Positions 10,443-21,427 of a stretch of 64,000 bases of DNA are shown in pieces. The DNA comes from Nitrospirota bacterium (lineage in GTDB: Bacteria; Nitrospirota; UBA9217). A model generated the notes under the pieces. That model searched no databases, was not told the origin of the DNA, and saw nothing but the letters and a program-made list of their open reading frames with translations. A program made the translations under genes and the position numbers. The DNA is taken from the NCBI GenBank assembly GCA_963737155.1, contig CAVTRN010000002.1, forward strand, positions 416,001 through 480,000. Direction: 5' to 3'. Within the stretch, counting starts at the first letter, position 1, and every line of letters starts with the position of its first letter.

Positions 10443-11851
10443 CTAATTCCACCTCTCACTTTAAATTTAAGTTCAAGGTAATCAATTAGAGACTTGGTAT
10501 AAGCAATAGAATAATCTATGCCGTCAAGTTCTGGCACCTCTCGATTCTTTTTTGATGCTGTTGAATGAGCCTTCATTATATTGGTAAATAATTCTTCCCT
10601 TACTCATAGTAATAAAAAACCCTTTTACAAGGTAATAAAAAGTAATCTTGAACAAGGCCACAACCCCGTCGATAGTTCATTAATCGATTATAATTTAAAT
10701 AAGCTATGCAATAAGCACTCCATCTTTTTTACATCCCAAATTAAATGCAGGATACGGCAAGATACGAACGATATATGCCTTCATAAACAAAGTGATAAGC
10801 ATGCCGTTATCACCAAAAAAATTATTTAATAACATTATAATTATATATTTGCCTATAACCAAAATAATATTTCCTAAATAATATGGTTGGTGAAATAGCC
10901 ATGAATTTGGGGATATCACCGTTCTTTAAATTACCCCATCAAGACGGCTATTTCCGCCAGAATCGATGGTTTCGAATATGTTTTCTCCGAGTTGTGCGTT
11001 TCCCCGACTTTAATGAGATAGACCAGGGAGGGAAATCAGCTGGTAGTCTGAAAGAGGATTTATTAAATATAATGCGGCGCAGAAGCGATGGACGTGCGGA
11101 TACCGCTGTGAATTACAACTGCTTGCGAAGTATTGAAGAAGGAGCCTTCACTGCATACTATAATTGGTTATAATACGGGTAATGAGGCGAAATGGGCATT
11201 AAAAGCGTGTAAAATATAACGTTGGAGATGCCGGGATGAGGGGAATTCCGCAGGGAAGAGGGCGAAGGAGTGTCGATAGGTAGCGGTAAAACTGGTCACT
11301 GAAGGGAAATATCGATACCGACAGCAGCGCAAAGGTTGTAGTTGACGCCATCGCTGTTAGCTAACTGTTTAGGGGAGAAAAATTTATATTCGAGGAATAG
11401 GTTGACAGCGAAATAGATCTTTGTAATCTCAATGGATTCATTATCAAGTTACAGAGCGATCAACGAGCAGTTGATGCTGGATTGAAGCTATTCTATTGTG
11501 CAGGACATGAGCGGTCATCATTTGAGTTGCGCGGCAGTGGGCCCAGATACAATGTGATTGAATATAGCGGACAAAACTCGGTGTATATCCTGAATGAGCG
11601 ATTCGTTGACTATGATAGGCAGAAATGGTAATTTATTTCAAGAATTTGATTCTCGATGTCAATTCCTCACGCCGGGCGTGAAATGTCACGTGCGGCGGCG
11701 GACAATCGTTGGTTGATGCTGCATGCAACACGGTCTTTCTGTGATTTAGGATTTAGCTGGCCGGTGAAAACCGTATCTGCGAGATAAACGATAATATGAT
11801 ATTCCACTTCTGGATAATTAGCTTATCATCATCGGGATCAGGATTGCTTAT

Positions 11852-12538
11852 ATGAGCGTGCGTTGTTTGATCATAGAGGACGAAGCGGATACTGCTCGCT
11901 TTGTCTGCAATGGCCTCAGGGAATCGGGCTACACCGTAACGTGGTGCAGGAAGAGCGCAACGGGACTCGATATTGCCACCAGTGAACAATGGGACGTCAT
12001 AATTCTTGACCGAATGTTGCCAGGAAATACAGATGGACTCTCGATTGTCAAAACACTGAGGGAACTCGGGAAATCGACCCCGGTTCTGATTGTAAGCGCC
12101 CTGGCAAGTCTGGACGAACGTGTGCGCGGGCTGCGGGAGGGTGGCGATGACTATCTCACCAAACCCTTTGCCTTTTCCGAGTTGCTCGCACGGGTAGAGG
12201 CCCTGACTCGCCGATCCAAGCTGTCGGAGGATGTTGGGGAGTTGCGGATAGCCGATCTGAAGCTTGATCTGCGTGCGCGCAGGGTCGAACGCGCGGGAAA
12301 AGCGATTCTCCTGCAGCCCCGGGAATTTCGTTTGCTCGAATACCTGGTTAGGCACCAGAACCAAATGGTCACGCGCACGATGCTGCTGGAGTCTGTATGG
12401 GACTATCACTTCGACCCCCAGACAAATGTGATTGATGTCCAGATAAGTCGTCTGCGGAGCAAGATTGACAAGGGATTCTCGCCGCCGCTTCTCCATACGG
12501 TGCGTGGTGCCGGCTATATGGTGAGCGCCCATGACTAA
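11852..12538 (+). CDS. OmpR-family response regulator (CusR/CzcR-like)
   Basis: REC plus winged helix: DRMLP, DDYLTKPF, VWDYHFDPQTNVIDVQISRLR, HTVRGAGY. Confidence 0.95.
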   Translation: MSVRCLIIEDEADTARFVCNGLRESGYTVTWCRKSATGLDIATSEQWDVIILDRMLPGNTDGLSIVKTLRELGKSTPVLIVSALASLDERVRGLREGGDDYLTKPFAFSELLARVEALTRRSKLSEDVGELRIADLKLDLRARRVERAGKAILLQPREFRLLEYLVRHQNQMVTRTMLLESVWDYHFDPQTNVIDVQISRLRSKIDKGFSPPLLHTVRGAGYMVSAHD

Positions 12539-13892
12539 GCTCTGGAGATCAGTCGCATTTCGCCTGGCTCTCTTTTGCGGCATGCTCGTCATCGGTTCAA
12601 CTGCTGTTTTTTCGGTTATTTTTTATTTCGGGACCATCAGAAAACTGGACCAGGAGGTCGACCAAAAAATAGTTACCATCTCAGAACGGCTTGCAAACAA
12701 TTTTGAAGATAAGGGGTTTGAGGCTCTGCAGAGGGAAATACAAGCTCTCCTGACCGATAAGTTCGATGTCGATACAGAGATCTATTTTCTCGGTGGGCCC
12801 GATGGACAGAAGGTCGTAGGCAATTTGTCGGGCTGGAAAGAGATTACGGCACCGTTCGACCATCCGATCAATCGGGATGTCATTCGAGACGGATTCCCTT
12901 CATCGGCCCGCCTGGTGTTGCACAAATTGCCGAATGGCGCCGTCCTCGTAGTCGGTCGCGACATGAAGGACCTGAACGGTATCGCGAAGCTGATATGGCG
13001 CACCATTGGTATCGGCGGCGTCATTGCCCTGGTGCTCGCTATTGGCGGCACAATCCTCTTTCGTTATCTGCTGGAACGCCGTGTCAGTGCGATCCGCCAG
13101 ACTGTCGGGGAAGTCGAGGCAGGAAATCTGGCCAAACGAATACCTGTTTCCGGCGTCGAGGACGAATTTGCCCGCCTGAGCGACGACATGAATCAAATGC
13201 TCGACAGGATCGAGCATTTGATGGATGGTGTTAGGCACGTTTCCAACACGATTGCGCACAACGTGAGAACTCCTCTCAGTCAAATCCGCGGACATCTCGA
13301 TGAGTCACTTCGTGCAGGTGCCAATGCGTTACGGCTAACCGAGGCGGCTGAATTCTCTATAGCGCAGGTCGATGATCTGATCATTGTTCTCGATAAGCTT
13401 CTGCAGATTGCTGAATCTGAATCCGGTACGCGGCGCCAGCCTTTCAAACCCGTGGTGTTGCGCGAAGTGGTCACCACTGTCGTCGAACTCTATGATGCCA
13501 TTGCAGAGGCCCAAGGCATCGTTCTGACCACGAACATCGAGGGTGACCCGAAGACATTCGGCGACAAGGACCTCCTGGCGAGCGCGCTTGCCAACCTGCT
13601 CGATAATGCGCTCAAATACGGGGGACGTTCTGTGACCGTCTGTGTGCGCGAGACACCGGAGGCGGAAACCGTTTCTCTGGCGGTTCAGGACAATGGGCCT
13701 GGGATTCCGTCTGAGGAGCGGCCCAGGGTGATCCAGCGCTTCTACCGTCTTGATCAGAGAGTACCCGGCACGGGCCTCGGTCTCTCGATCGTGGCCTCCA
13801 TTGCTCATCTTCATGAAGCAGCGCTCCATCTGGACGACGCTGGTCCGGGACTTCTAGCCCGCATAGTCCTGCCGCTCTGTGTCTCTATCTGA
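12531..13892 (+). CDS. Membrane sensor histidine kinase (HAMP)
   Basis: Two TM segments, HAMP, IAHNVRTPL, NLLDNALKY, DNGPG, GTGLGL; overlaps the regulator stop. Confidence 0.93.
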   Translation: MTKLWRSVAFRLALFCGMLVIGSTAVFSVIFYFGTIRKLDQEVDQKIVTISERLANNFEDKGFEALQREIQALLTDKFDVDTEIYFLGGPDGQKVVGNLSGWKEITAPFDHPINRDVIRDGFPSSARLVLHKLPNGAVLVVGRDMKDLNGIAKLIWRTIGIGGVIALVLAIGGTILFRYLLERRVSAIRQTVGEVEAGNLAKRIPVSGVEDEFARLSDDMNQMLDRIEHLMDGVRHVSNTIAHNVRTPLSQIRGHLDESLRAGANALRLTEAAEFSIAQVDDLIIVLDKLLQIAESESGTRRQPFKPVVLREVVTTVVELYDAIAEAQGIVLTTNIEGDPKTFGDKDLLASALANLLDNALKYGGRSVTVCVRETPEAETVSLAVQDNGPGIPSEERPRVIQRFYRLDQRVPGTGLGLSIVASIAHLHEAALHLDDAGPGLLARIVLPLCVSI

Positions 13893-14285
13893 ATTTACAA
13901 GCGCACCTATTCTGTCCAGTCCGTGGCTCTCCTCCAGCAGCCGTTCAGTCGATCCTCAAACCTTTCCAAATGGTAACCTAATGGAAATAATCCCGTAATA
14001 ATCGGATGGTATTATAATATCAGGTATTTTTGACACATTAGAACCGCAAAATAATGGCAATTTCACGAGATCAAGTGAAATTAAATCCGCGCCTCCTGAC
14101 ATCACGATGTCAGGTAGCCCGATTTTCTTAACCGGCCGGTATAATTGCATTGGCCCGAATGCCTTTGTGCCCGGTTCCTTCGCACGGGAAACCGTTGGAC
14201 TGATATTTGAGAAAGAAAAGTTATGGGTAGGTGAAGAATTATTTTCAAACTGGGAAATTAGTTAGGTCTATAGCGAGGTCTATCC

Positions 14286-15323
14286 ATGCGATTTAAGAGA
14301 CGTAATCTATTGGGCGTGGTTGCAGTTGCATTACTCGTCTTCTTTGCCGGCGCATTTTTCGTAAAAAATTCTGATATTCATCTGAAATCAGGGTTTAGCC
14401 CCGAACAGGCGAATGCCGCACAAGGACAGACGCCATCTGCTCCGTCATCGAGCAAGGCCCCCGATGATTCTCTCGCTCCACAAAGTGTAACACTGGATGA
14501 GACACAGCTTAAATCCATCAAGGTCGACCCGGTTGGAAAGCATCTCTTCGCGATTGAGCGGGAAGCGGTCGGCAGCATTGATTTCGACGAAGACCTTTCG
14601 GTTGTCCAGGCTGAATCAGCTTTAATCGGCGCTGCGGCGGCCTTCGAAGTGACCAGCAAAGAACTTGCGCGCGCCAAGGCCCTTTATGCGACCAACGTTG
14701 GCGTGTCGCAAAAGGAGTTGGATCAGGCTGTTTCCGACCAGCAAACCGCAGAGGGCGCCCTCAAAGCCGCACGCGATGCTGTCCGCGTCCTCGGCAAGAC
14801 AGAGGCCGAAATAGATCACATGATCGCCTCGGGCAGGATTGAGCCGACACTGGTTAGCCGGGTAGCCGATGCCTATGTCACCGAAAGCGACACGCCGCTC
14901 GTTCACTTGGGACAGCCGGTTACTGTCAAGGTCATGGCCTATCCTGACCGCGTGTTTGAAGGCAAAGTCACGAAGATATATGCGGTCGTTGATCCGGATA
15001 CCCATAGAACCAAGATCCGCGCCACAGTTGCTGATCGCAGGAATGAGCTGCGTCCTGGAATGCTGGCCAGCGTCATGATTCGCATTCAAAAACCCGTGGA
15101 AGCCATCGCGATACCGGTCAACGGCGCGGTCCGCGAAGGCGATGGTACGATGACGGTTTGGGTCACCATCGACCGCCATCGCTTCATACAAAGACCAGTC
15201 GAGCTTGGTCTGCAAAAAGACGGCTGGTATCAGATAGTCAAAGGTCTGCAGCCAGGCGAACTGGTTGTTACTGAAGGCGGCATATTCCTCAGCAACATGC
15301 TGGAAGCCCCGCCAACGGATTAG
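14286..15323 (+). CDS. RND periplasmic adaptor subunit, apparently lacking the lipoyl domain
   Basis: TM anchor, helical hairpin (ELARAKALY..SQKELDQA), beta-barrel (AYPDRVFEGKV, LRPGM) and membrane-proximal tail (GLQPGELVV). Confidence 0.9.
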   Translation: MRFKRRNLLGVVAVALLVFFAGAFFVKNSDIHLKSGFSPEQANAAQGQTPSAPSSSKAPDDSLAPQSVTLDETQLKSIKVDPVGKHLFAIEREAVGSIDFDEDLSVVQAESALIGAAAAFEVTSKELARAKALYATNVGVSQKELDQAVSDQQTAEGALKAARDAVRVLGKTEAEIDHMIASGRIEPTLVSRVADAYVTESDTPLVHLGQPVTVKVMAYPDRVFEGKVTKIYAVVDPDTHRTKIRATVADRRNELRPGMLASVMIRIQKPVEAIAIPVNGAVREGDGTMTVWVTIDRHRFIQRPVELGLQKDGWYQIVKGLQPGELVVTEGGIFLSNMLEAPPTD

Positions 15324-15325
15324 CC

Positions 15326-18300
15326 ATGTTTAAGTCTCTCATAGCATTTTGTCTGAGCCGCCGAGCGATTATTGTGGTTGCCCTGCTACTATTTGCAGGC
15401 GCAGCGTTTATCGCGTTTCAAAAGCTCAACATCGAGGCCTATCCAAATCCAGCACCGGTTATCCTGGAGATAACCGCGCAGGCGCCAGGTCTGTCGGCCG
15501 AGGAGATGGAGCGGTACTACACGCGCCCAATCGAAATTGGCCTCTACACGACTCCCGGCATCGCTGTCATCCGATCCACCTCGTTTTACGGCCTGTCTTT
15601 TGTCCGGGTCGTTTTTAAATATGGGGTAGAGTATCACTTCGCTTACAGCCAGGCGGCCATCTCGCTGCAACAAAATGTCAGTCTTCCCGGCAATCTGGTG
15701 CCCACTATTCAGCAGAACAGCGGAACCGGAGAAATCTATCGCTACCAGGTGGTGGGACCGAAGCATTTCGGAATAACCAACCTCCGGACTGTTCAGGATT
15801 GGATCGTAGCGCGCCGCCTGTTAACCATTCCCGGCATAGTTGCGGTCAACAGTTGGGGCGGACCGACAAAGCAATTCGAGGTAGAAGCTGATCCGCACAA
15901 ATTAGAAGCTTACAACGTAACGGTACCCCAAATCCTGGCTGCGCTGGGCAACGCCAACATCAACGTGGGCGGGCGGGAAATCCGCATTGGCCAGCAATCG
16001 ATCAATATTCGTGGCGTCGGCCTGATTGACGATGGCGGCAATGATGATTTGACCCAGGGCTTCAAAGTTGATGACATTGAAAACGTTGTCCTGACCCAAT
16101 CGAATGGAGTTCCTGTACAGATAAAGGATGTTGCAAAGGTGCATGTGGGATATAGGCCGAGGCTCGGAATCTGGGGCCATGATAGAGAGGACGATGGTGT
16201 AGCGGCGATTGTGGTCATGAGCCGCGTTGACCGCGCTCATGACATGCTGCCAAAGGTCAAAGCCGAGATTGACACCATGAATCAAGACGGGAGTCTGCCG
16301 CCGGGAGTCAAGCTCGTTCCCTTTTATGATCGAGGATCGCTGATCAACGTCACCACCCGCACCGTTTTGCACAACCTCATCTTTGGATGCCTGCTTGTCA
16401 TCCTCATTCAATGGATTTTTCTCGGCAATTTCCGCAGCGCGATCATCGTCGGGTTGAATATCCCGTTTGCCCTTTTTTTCGCAATCATTCTCCTCGTGAT
16501 TCAGGGCGAAAGCGCGAACCTGCTTTCGGTCGGCGCCGTTGATTTCGGCATCATCGTGGATTCAGCGGTTATACTTGTTGAAAATATTTTCCGCACCTCC
16601 CAGGGGCGCCCGGAAGAAAAAGAGGGGATGCTCCGTAATCTTGCCGAGGGCTTTTGGGGGCCGGACCCGACGAGGATCCCAATGCATGCCACTCCGTCCC
16701 GCGGATGGACGGATCGTTTGCGGCTTATTCTGATTAGCGCAATACAAGTGGACAAGGCGGTTTTTTTCTCAACCTTAATAACCGTGGCGGCTTTCGTGCC
16801 GCTTTTCACGATGCAGGGAGTTGAAGGCGCGATATTCGGCCCAATGGCGCGCACATACGGATACGCACTGGCGGGCGCCTTGATCGCAACATTCACCGTC
16901 ACGCCTGTCCTTGCGTCCCTGCTGCTCCCCGAGCATGTAAAGGGAACCGAGACAATTATCGTCCGCGCACTGCGCCGCCTTTATGATCCGGCACTGCGTT
17001 TCGCGCTGGCCCACCGCGCGATCATGGTGATGATCGGAATTGCTTTTATCGCCTTGGCCGGATTTCTGATACCGCGTCTCGGAAGCGAATTCCTGCCTCA
17101 CCTCGAAGAAGGCAATTTTTGGATACGCGCTTCCATGCCGATGACGCTTTCGCTGGAAGAAGGCGAGGCGGCGACGAGGAAAATGCGGACGATTCTCCTG
17201 AAATATCCAGAGGTCATTACCGTAACGTCCCAGCACGGCCGGCCGGATGACGGCAGCGACGCGGCGCCATTCTCCAACGTCGAACTGTTCGCGGTGCTCA
17301 AGCCGCCCGACCAATGGCGCACAGGCATGAATAAGGAAAAACTGACCGAACAGATTAACGCCGAGCTTGAGCGTGAGCTGCCCGGGGTCTTCTTCAACTT
17401 CTCGCAATATATCCAGGATAACATCGAGGAGGCCATTTCGGGCGTTAAAGCAGTTAATTCGGTCAAGATCGTTGGCCCCAACCTTGAAACATTGACCAGA
17501 CTGGCGGAGCAGGTGAGGGACGAGATGAGCAAGGTGCGCGGCATTGCCGACCTCGGAATCTTTCCAGTCCTAGGTCAGCCGAATCTGAATATCAAGGTGG
17601 ATCGCGCCAAAGCCGCGAGGTATGGTCTCAATACTGGCGACATCAACTCTGTCATCCAAGCAGCGCTTGGCGGTACGGTAGCGACATCGGTATTGGAGGG
17701 GGACCGCGAGTTCGACCTGGTTGTCCGCTATCCGCCCGGATACCGTGACAGCATAGAAAAAATCCGCAACGTGAAGGTGGCCTATCAAACAGGGAGCGGC
17801 ACAAACGCCTACCTTCCTTTGCGTGAACTGGCAACGATCAGCTTGGACACGGGAGCGGCCTGGATTTATCACGAAAGCATGCAGCGCTTCATCCCGGTCA
17901 AGTTCAGCGTGCGCGGTCGTGACCTCGGAGGCACCGTTGCCGAGGCGCAGGAGCGTATCGCGAAGAATTTAAAGCTTCCGAGCGGCTACCGGCTGATCTG
18001 GGCCGGTGAGTTCGGAGATCTGCAGAGCGCTAAAAAGCGCCTGGAAGTGATCGTGCCTATCAGCCTCGTGCTCATCCTGGGGTTGCTCTATGCCACGTTC
18101 AATTCGCTTCGTGACAGTCTGATGGCGCTCGCAGGAATCCCTTTCGCGGTTGCTGGCGGCATATTGGCACTCTATATCTCCGGTCTCAATTTCAGCATTT
18201 CCGCTGCCGTCGGTTTTGTCTCACTCTTTGGCGTATCTGTCATGAACGGCATCCTGATAATTACCTATTACAACCAAGGAAGGCTTCACGGCGGCAGGCC

Positions 18301-18550
18301 CCTAGAAGCGATGATCCACGCTGCCTCAACCCGTATGCGGCCGTTACTCATGACGAGTTTCTCCGCCTGCCTCGGCCTACTTCCCGCAGCGATTTCGACC
18401 GGGATCGGAAGCCAGGTGCAGCGGCCGCTTGCTACCGTGATCGTTGGCGGCATGTTCATTGGTCCAATCATTTTGCTGGTAGTTGTGCCGCCGCTCCAGA
18501 TGATGTTCTTGGAAGAGAAGAATGAAACGCAAAAAACAACTATCGACTAA
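15326..18550 (+). CDS. CusA/CzcA-family heavy-metal RND permease
   Basis: LNIEAYP, GAVDFGIIVDSAVILVEN, GVEGAIFGPMA, RMRPLLMT, GSQVQRPLATV; 1074 aa. Confidence 0.95.
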   Translation: MFKSLIAFCLSRRAIIVVALLLFAGAAFIAFQKLNIEAYPNPAPVILEITAQAPGLSAEEMERYYTRPIEIGLYTTPGIAVIRSTSFYGLSFVRVVFKYGVEYHFAYSQAAISLQQNVSLPGNLVPTIQQNSGTGEIYRYQVVGPKHFGITNLRTVQDWIVARRLLTIPGIVAVNSWGGPTKQFEVEADPHKLEAYNVTVPQILAALGNANINVGGREIRIGQQSINIRGVGLIDDGGNDDLTQGFKVDDIENVVLTQSNGVPVQIKDVAKVHVGYRPRLGIWGHDREDDGVAAIVVMSRVDRAHDMLPKVKAEIDTMNQDGSLPPGVKLVPFYDRGSLINVTTRTVLHNLIFGCLLVILIQWIFLGNFRSAIIVGLNIPFALFFAIILLVIQGESANLLSVGAVDFGIIVDSAVILVENIFRTSQGRPEEKEGMLRNLAEGFWGPDPTRIPMHATPSRGWTDRLRLILISAIQVDKAVFFSTLITVAAFVPLFTMQGVEGAIFGPMARTYGYALAGALIATFTVTPVLASLLLPEHVKGTETIIVRALRRLYDPALRFALAHRAIMVMIGIAFIALAGFLIPRLGSEFLPHLEEGNFWIRASMPMTLSLEEGEAATRKMRTILLKYPEVITVTSQHGRPDDGSDAAPFSNVELFAVLKPPDQWRTGMNKEKLTEQINAELERELPGVFFNFSQYIQDNIEEAISGVKAVNSVKIVGPNLETLTRLAEQVRDEMSKVRGIADLGIFPVLGQPNLNIKVDRAKAARYGLNTGDINSVIQAALGGTVATSVLEGDREFDLVVRYPPGYRDSIEKIRNVKVAYQTGSGTNAYLPLRELATISLDTGAAWIYHESMQRFIPVKFSVRGRDLGGTVAEAQERIAKNLKLPSGYRLIWAGEFGDLQSAKKRLEVIVPISLVLILGLLYATFNSLRDSLMALAGIPFAVAGGILALYISGLNFSISAAVGFVSLFGVSVMNGILIITYYNQGRLHGGRPLEAMIHAASTRMRPLLMTSFSACLGLLPAAISTGIGSQVQRPLATVIVGGMFIGPIILLVVVPPLQMMFLEEKNETQKTTID

Positions 18551-18560
18551 AGGAAGCACT

Positions 18561-18833
18561 ATGAAAGCATTGTTTTGTTAGATTTTAGTTTTAGCGATGG
18601 CTATCGGGCTATCGGCTACTCATGCGGCCTTTGCCAAACCAAATAACGTCGATAAGGCCGTTGCAACCCGAAAAACGGGTAAACGCTGGACGCAACTTCG
18701 GGAAAAATCGGGCGCAGGAATCAACAGGCTACATGTTGAAACACAAAAAAACCGCAAATCCGGACGCAACGACACGAGAACCAAAAAAAGCAGTTCATGC
18801 ATCAACGGAACAACGATTCATCGTAATCATTAG
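18561..18833 (+). pseudogene. Small basic secreted protein interrupted by TAG at codon 7
   Basis: AAGGA RBS, then MKALFC*ILVLAMAIGLSATHAAFA: a signal peptide read through TAG at 18579-18581. Confidence 0.5.
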
Positions 18834-18853
18834 CGCTGTATTAAGGAAAGGCC

Positions 18854-20362
18854 ATGTTATCAAAACATTTCCACTGCATCGCTGCGACGTTGTCAATTGT
18901 TGGCCTCGTCTCAGGCTGCGCCGTGGGGCCGAACTTCCACCGTCCGGCACCGCCCGCGATTAACGGCTATACGGCTGAGCCGCTGACTGCGACGACTTCT
19001 ACCACCAACATAGCCGGCGGCGAAGAACAACGCTTTGTCATGGGGATGGATATTCCCAAACAGTGGTGGTCATTGTTCAAGTCGCCGCCGCTCAATGCAC
19101 TGGTCGAAAAATCGCTCAAGACCAACCCAACGATCGAAGCAGCGAAAGCAGCCTTGCGCCAGGCTCGGGAAAACGTTGCCGCCCAGATGGGCTTTTACTA
19201 TCCCACCGTCCAGGCCGGCTATTCAGCCAGCCGGACTAAGGACTCGAGCACCCTTTCTCCGGTGCTGGCTTCGGGTGCGGAGCCCTACACTCTCCATACT
19301 GCTCAGGTGAATGTGGGCTTTATGCCTGACGTGTTCGGCAGCAACCGGCGGCAGGTGGAATCCTTAAGGGCAGAAGCCAATTTTCAGCGCTTCCAGCTTG
19401 AGGCGACCTATCTCACGCTGACGTCGAACGTGGTAGCTGCGGCCATCCAGGAAGCTTCATTGCGCGCTCAGCTTTCCTCAACGCGAAGCATTATCAGGAT
19501 CGAGACTGAGATGCTCGACCAACTAAACCGACAGTTGGCAGTCGGCTATGCTGCCGGGCTGGACGTGGCTGCGCAGGAAGCGGCCTTTGCCCAGGTACAG
19601 CAAACCTTGCCGCCACTCCAGAAGCAACTGGCACAAACTCGCGATTTGCTTGTGGCCCTTGCCGGCCGTTTCCCAAACAAGGAGCTGGACGAGAAGTTCG
19701 AGATCGAGGCTCTCAGTCTTCCCGAGGAGCTGCCGGTCAGCCTCCCCTCCAAACTGGTGGAGCAGCGCCCAGACGTGCGCGCCGCCGAGGAACTATTGCA
19801 TTCCGCCAGCGCCCAGGTCGGCGTCGCCGTCGCCGCTATGCTGCCGAATATTACCCTGAGCGCAGATTTGGGCAGTAGCGCTACCGCGATCAGTCGGCTA
19901 TTTACGTCCGGAACCGGTTTCTGGAGCTTGGCTGGCAATCTCACGCAGCCCGTCTTCGAAGGGGGCACCTTGCTGCACAGGAAACGGGCTGCTGAAGCAG
20001 GTCTGGATCAGGCTGAGGCTGAGTATCGTAACACGGTTATCGCCGCATTCCAAAACGTGGCAGACACGCTGCATGCGATCCAATCCGATGCAGATGCTCT
20101 GAAAGCAGCGGCGGCGTTCCAACATGCCGCCCAACGAAGCCTCGATCTTGCGCAGAAGCAATTCGAAGTCGGCTACATTAATTATTTATCGTTGCTCTCT
20201 GCCGAGCAGGCGTATCATCAGGCAGTTATTAATCTCGTACAGGCTAAGGCCAACCGTTTTGCCGACACCGCAGCATTATTTATGGCGCTTGGCGGCGGCT
20301 GGTGGAACGGCCCGGACGACACTTCTGCGCCAACGACCTCAGAGGCCTCCTGGCAACGTTAA
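18854..20362 (+). CDS. RND outer-membrane factor lipoprotein (NodT/OprM family)
   Basis: Lipobox VSGC-AVGPNF, QWWSLF, EQRPDVRAAE, ALGGGWW. Confidence 0.95.
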   Translation: MLSKHFHCIAATLSIVGLVSGCAVGPNFHRPAPPAINGYTAEPLTATTSTTNIAGGEEQRFVMGMDIPKQWWSLFKSPPLNALVEKSLKTNPTIEAAKAALRQARENVAAQMGFYYPTVQAGYSASRTKDSSTLSPVLASGAEPYTLHTAQVNVGFMPDVFGSNRRQVESLRAEANFQRFQLEATYLTLTSNVVAAAIQEASLRAQLSSTRSIIRIETEMLDQLNRQLAVGYAAGLDVAAQEAAFAQVQQTLPPLQKQLAQTRDLLVALAGRFPNKELDEKFEIEALSLPEELPVSLPSKLVEQRPDVRAAEELLHSASAQVGVAVAAMLPNITLSADLGSSATAISRLFTSGTGFWSLAGNLTQPVFEGGTLLHRKRAAEAGLDQAEAEYRNTVIAAFQNVADTLHAIQSDADALKAAAAFQHAAQRSLDLAQKQFEVGYINYLSLLSAEQAYHQAVINLVQAKANRFADTAALFMALGGGWWNGPDDTSAPTTSEASWQR

Positions 20363-20492
20363 CCTTGCCCAATTACACACTAGTGTGCGTCAATGACCTT
20401 GACTGGAATTGGAAAACAGATAAAATATATATTGAAACCTGTCGTGCGATGTCCAATTTGTTTCTGCTGTGGCTTCTTATTAAGGTGGATGG

Positions 20493-21188
20493 ATGATGGA
20501 GATAACCAATTTTGGAGCATCTCGAGAAACCAGCAGATTGTACGCATTTGCTTCCACCCTGGCGCTCATCACCATAGCCTACAATCTTGCCGAAGGGGTG
20601 GTCTCAGTTATTTTCGGACTTGAGGACGGGAGCATGGCGCTCTTCGGGTTTGGAGTGGACTCCTTCGTAGAGGTAGTTTCGGGTATTGGGATTTGGCACA
20701 TGGTGCAGAGGATCAGAAATAAGGGCAAAGAGAACCCTGATCATTTCGAGCAAACGGCTCTCAAAATCACGGGAACGGGATTCTACGTCCTGGTCATTGG
20801 ACTCTCGATTCCCGCCGCAATCGGTCTATATCGGGGGCATAGGCCTGTCACAACCTTCTGGGGCATTGTGGTTTCCGTCATCTCCATTGTCACAATGTGG
20901 CTATTGACCCATTACAAGGCAAAAGTCGGGAAACAGCTTAACTCCGAAGCTATCCTTGCCGATGCTGCATGTACGCGAGCCTGTTTACAGCTTTCTATCG
21001 TTCTGCTCATTGCCAGCGCCGGTTACGAAATCACCCATATCGGCGGGATTGACTCTGTCGGGACATTCGCGATAGCGTGGCTTTGCTACCGGGAAGGAAA
21101 GGAAGCGTTAGAAAAGGCAAAGGCCAAAAGTCTTGCGTGTACGTGCGGAGGGAATTGCCATACACAAGAGCCCCCTACCTCAGTCTGA
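20493..21188 (+). CDS. Cation diffusion facilitator-type membrane transporter
   Basis: YNLAEG, ALFGFGVDSFVE, LNSEAILADA, GGIDS; Cys/His tail CTCGGNCH. Confidence 0.85.
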   Translation: MMEITNFGASRETSRLYAFASTLALITIAYNLAEGVVSVIFGLEDGSMALFGFGVDSFVEVVSGIGIWHMVQRIRNKGKENPDHFEQTALKITGTGFYVLVIGLSIPAAIGLYRGHRPVTTFWGIVVSVISIVTMWLLTHYKAKVGKQLNSEAILADAACTRACLQLSIVLLIASAGYEITHIGGIDSVGTFAIAWLCYREGKEALEKAKAKSLACTCGGNCHTQEPPTSV

Positions 21189-21345
21189 GATTGCCGATCG
21201 GAGAACTCGCGGAATAAAATAAATCGGTATCCGTAAACATCGCTGCTTTGAACGGTTTTTCGCAGTTCGATTAAACTATATTTTCACTTCTCAGTACTGC
21301 AAAAATTACCACTACATGTTTCCTGCAAATTCATCGCTTTACCTT

Positions 21346-21362
21346 TTGGCACATAAGATGCA
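21346..21362 (+). promoter_or_regulatory. sigma54 promoter
   Basis: TTGGCACATAAGATGCA: TGGCAC with GG-N10-GC spacing. Confidence 0.65.
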
Positions 21363-21427
21363 ATTATTAAGACATGACTTAACAGATTTTCGGATTAATC
21401 TTCAAAATAGTTATCGGAGGGCCGGCA

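Noticed and set aside
18579-18581. TAG as pyrrolysine or genetic-code reassignment
   Set aside because: It lies in a signal peptide, TAG ends normal genes in this window (for example 7011, 15323, 24530), and no pyl genes are seen
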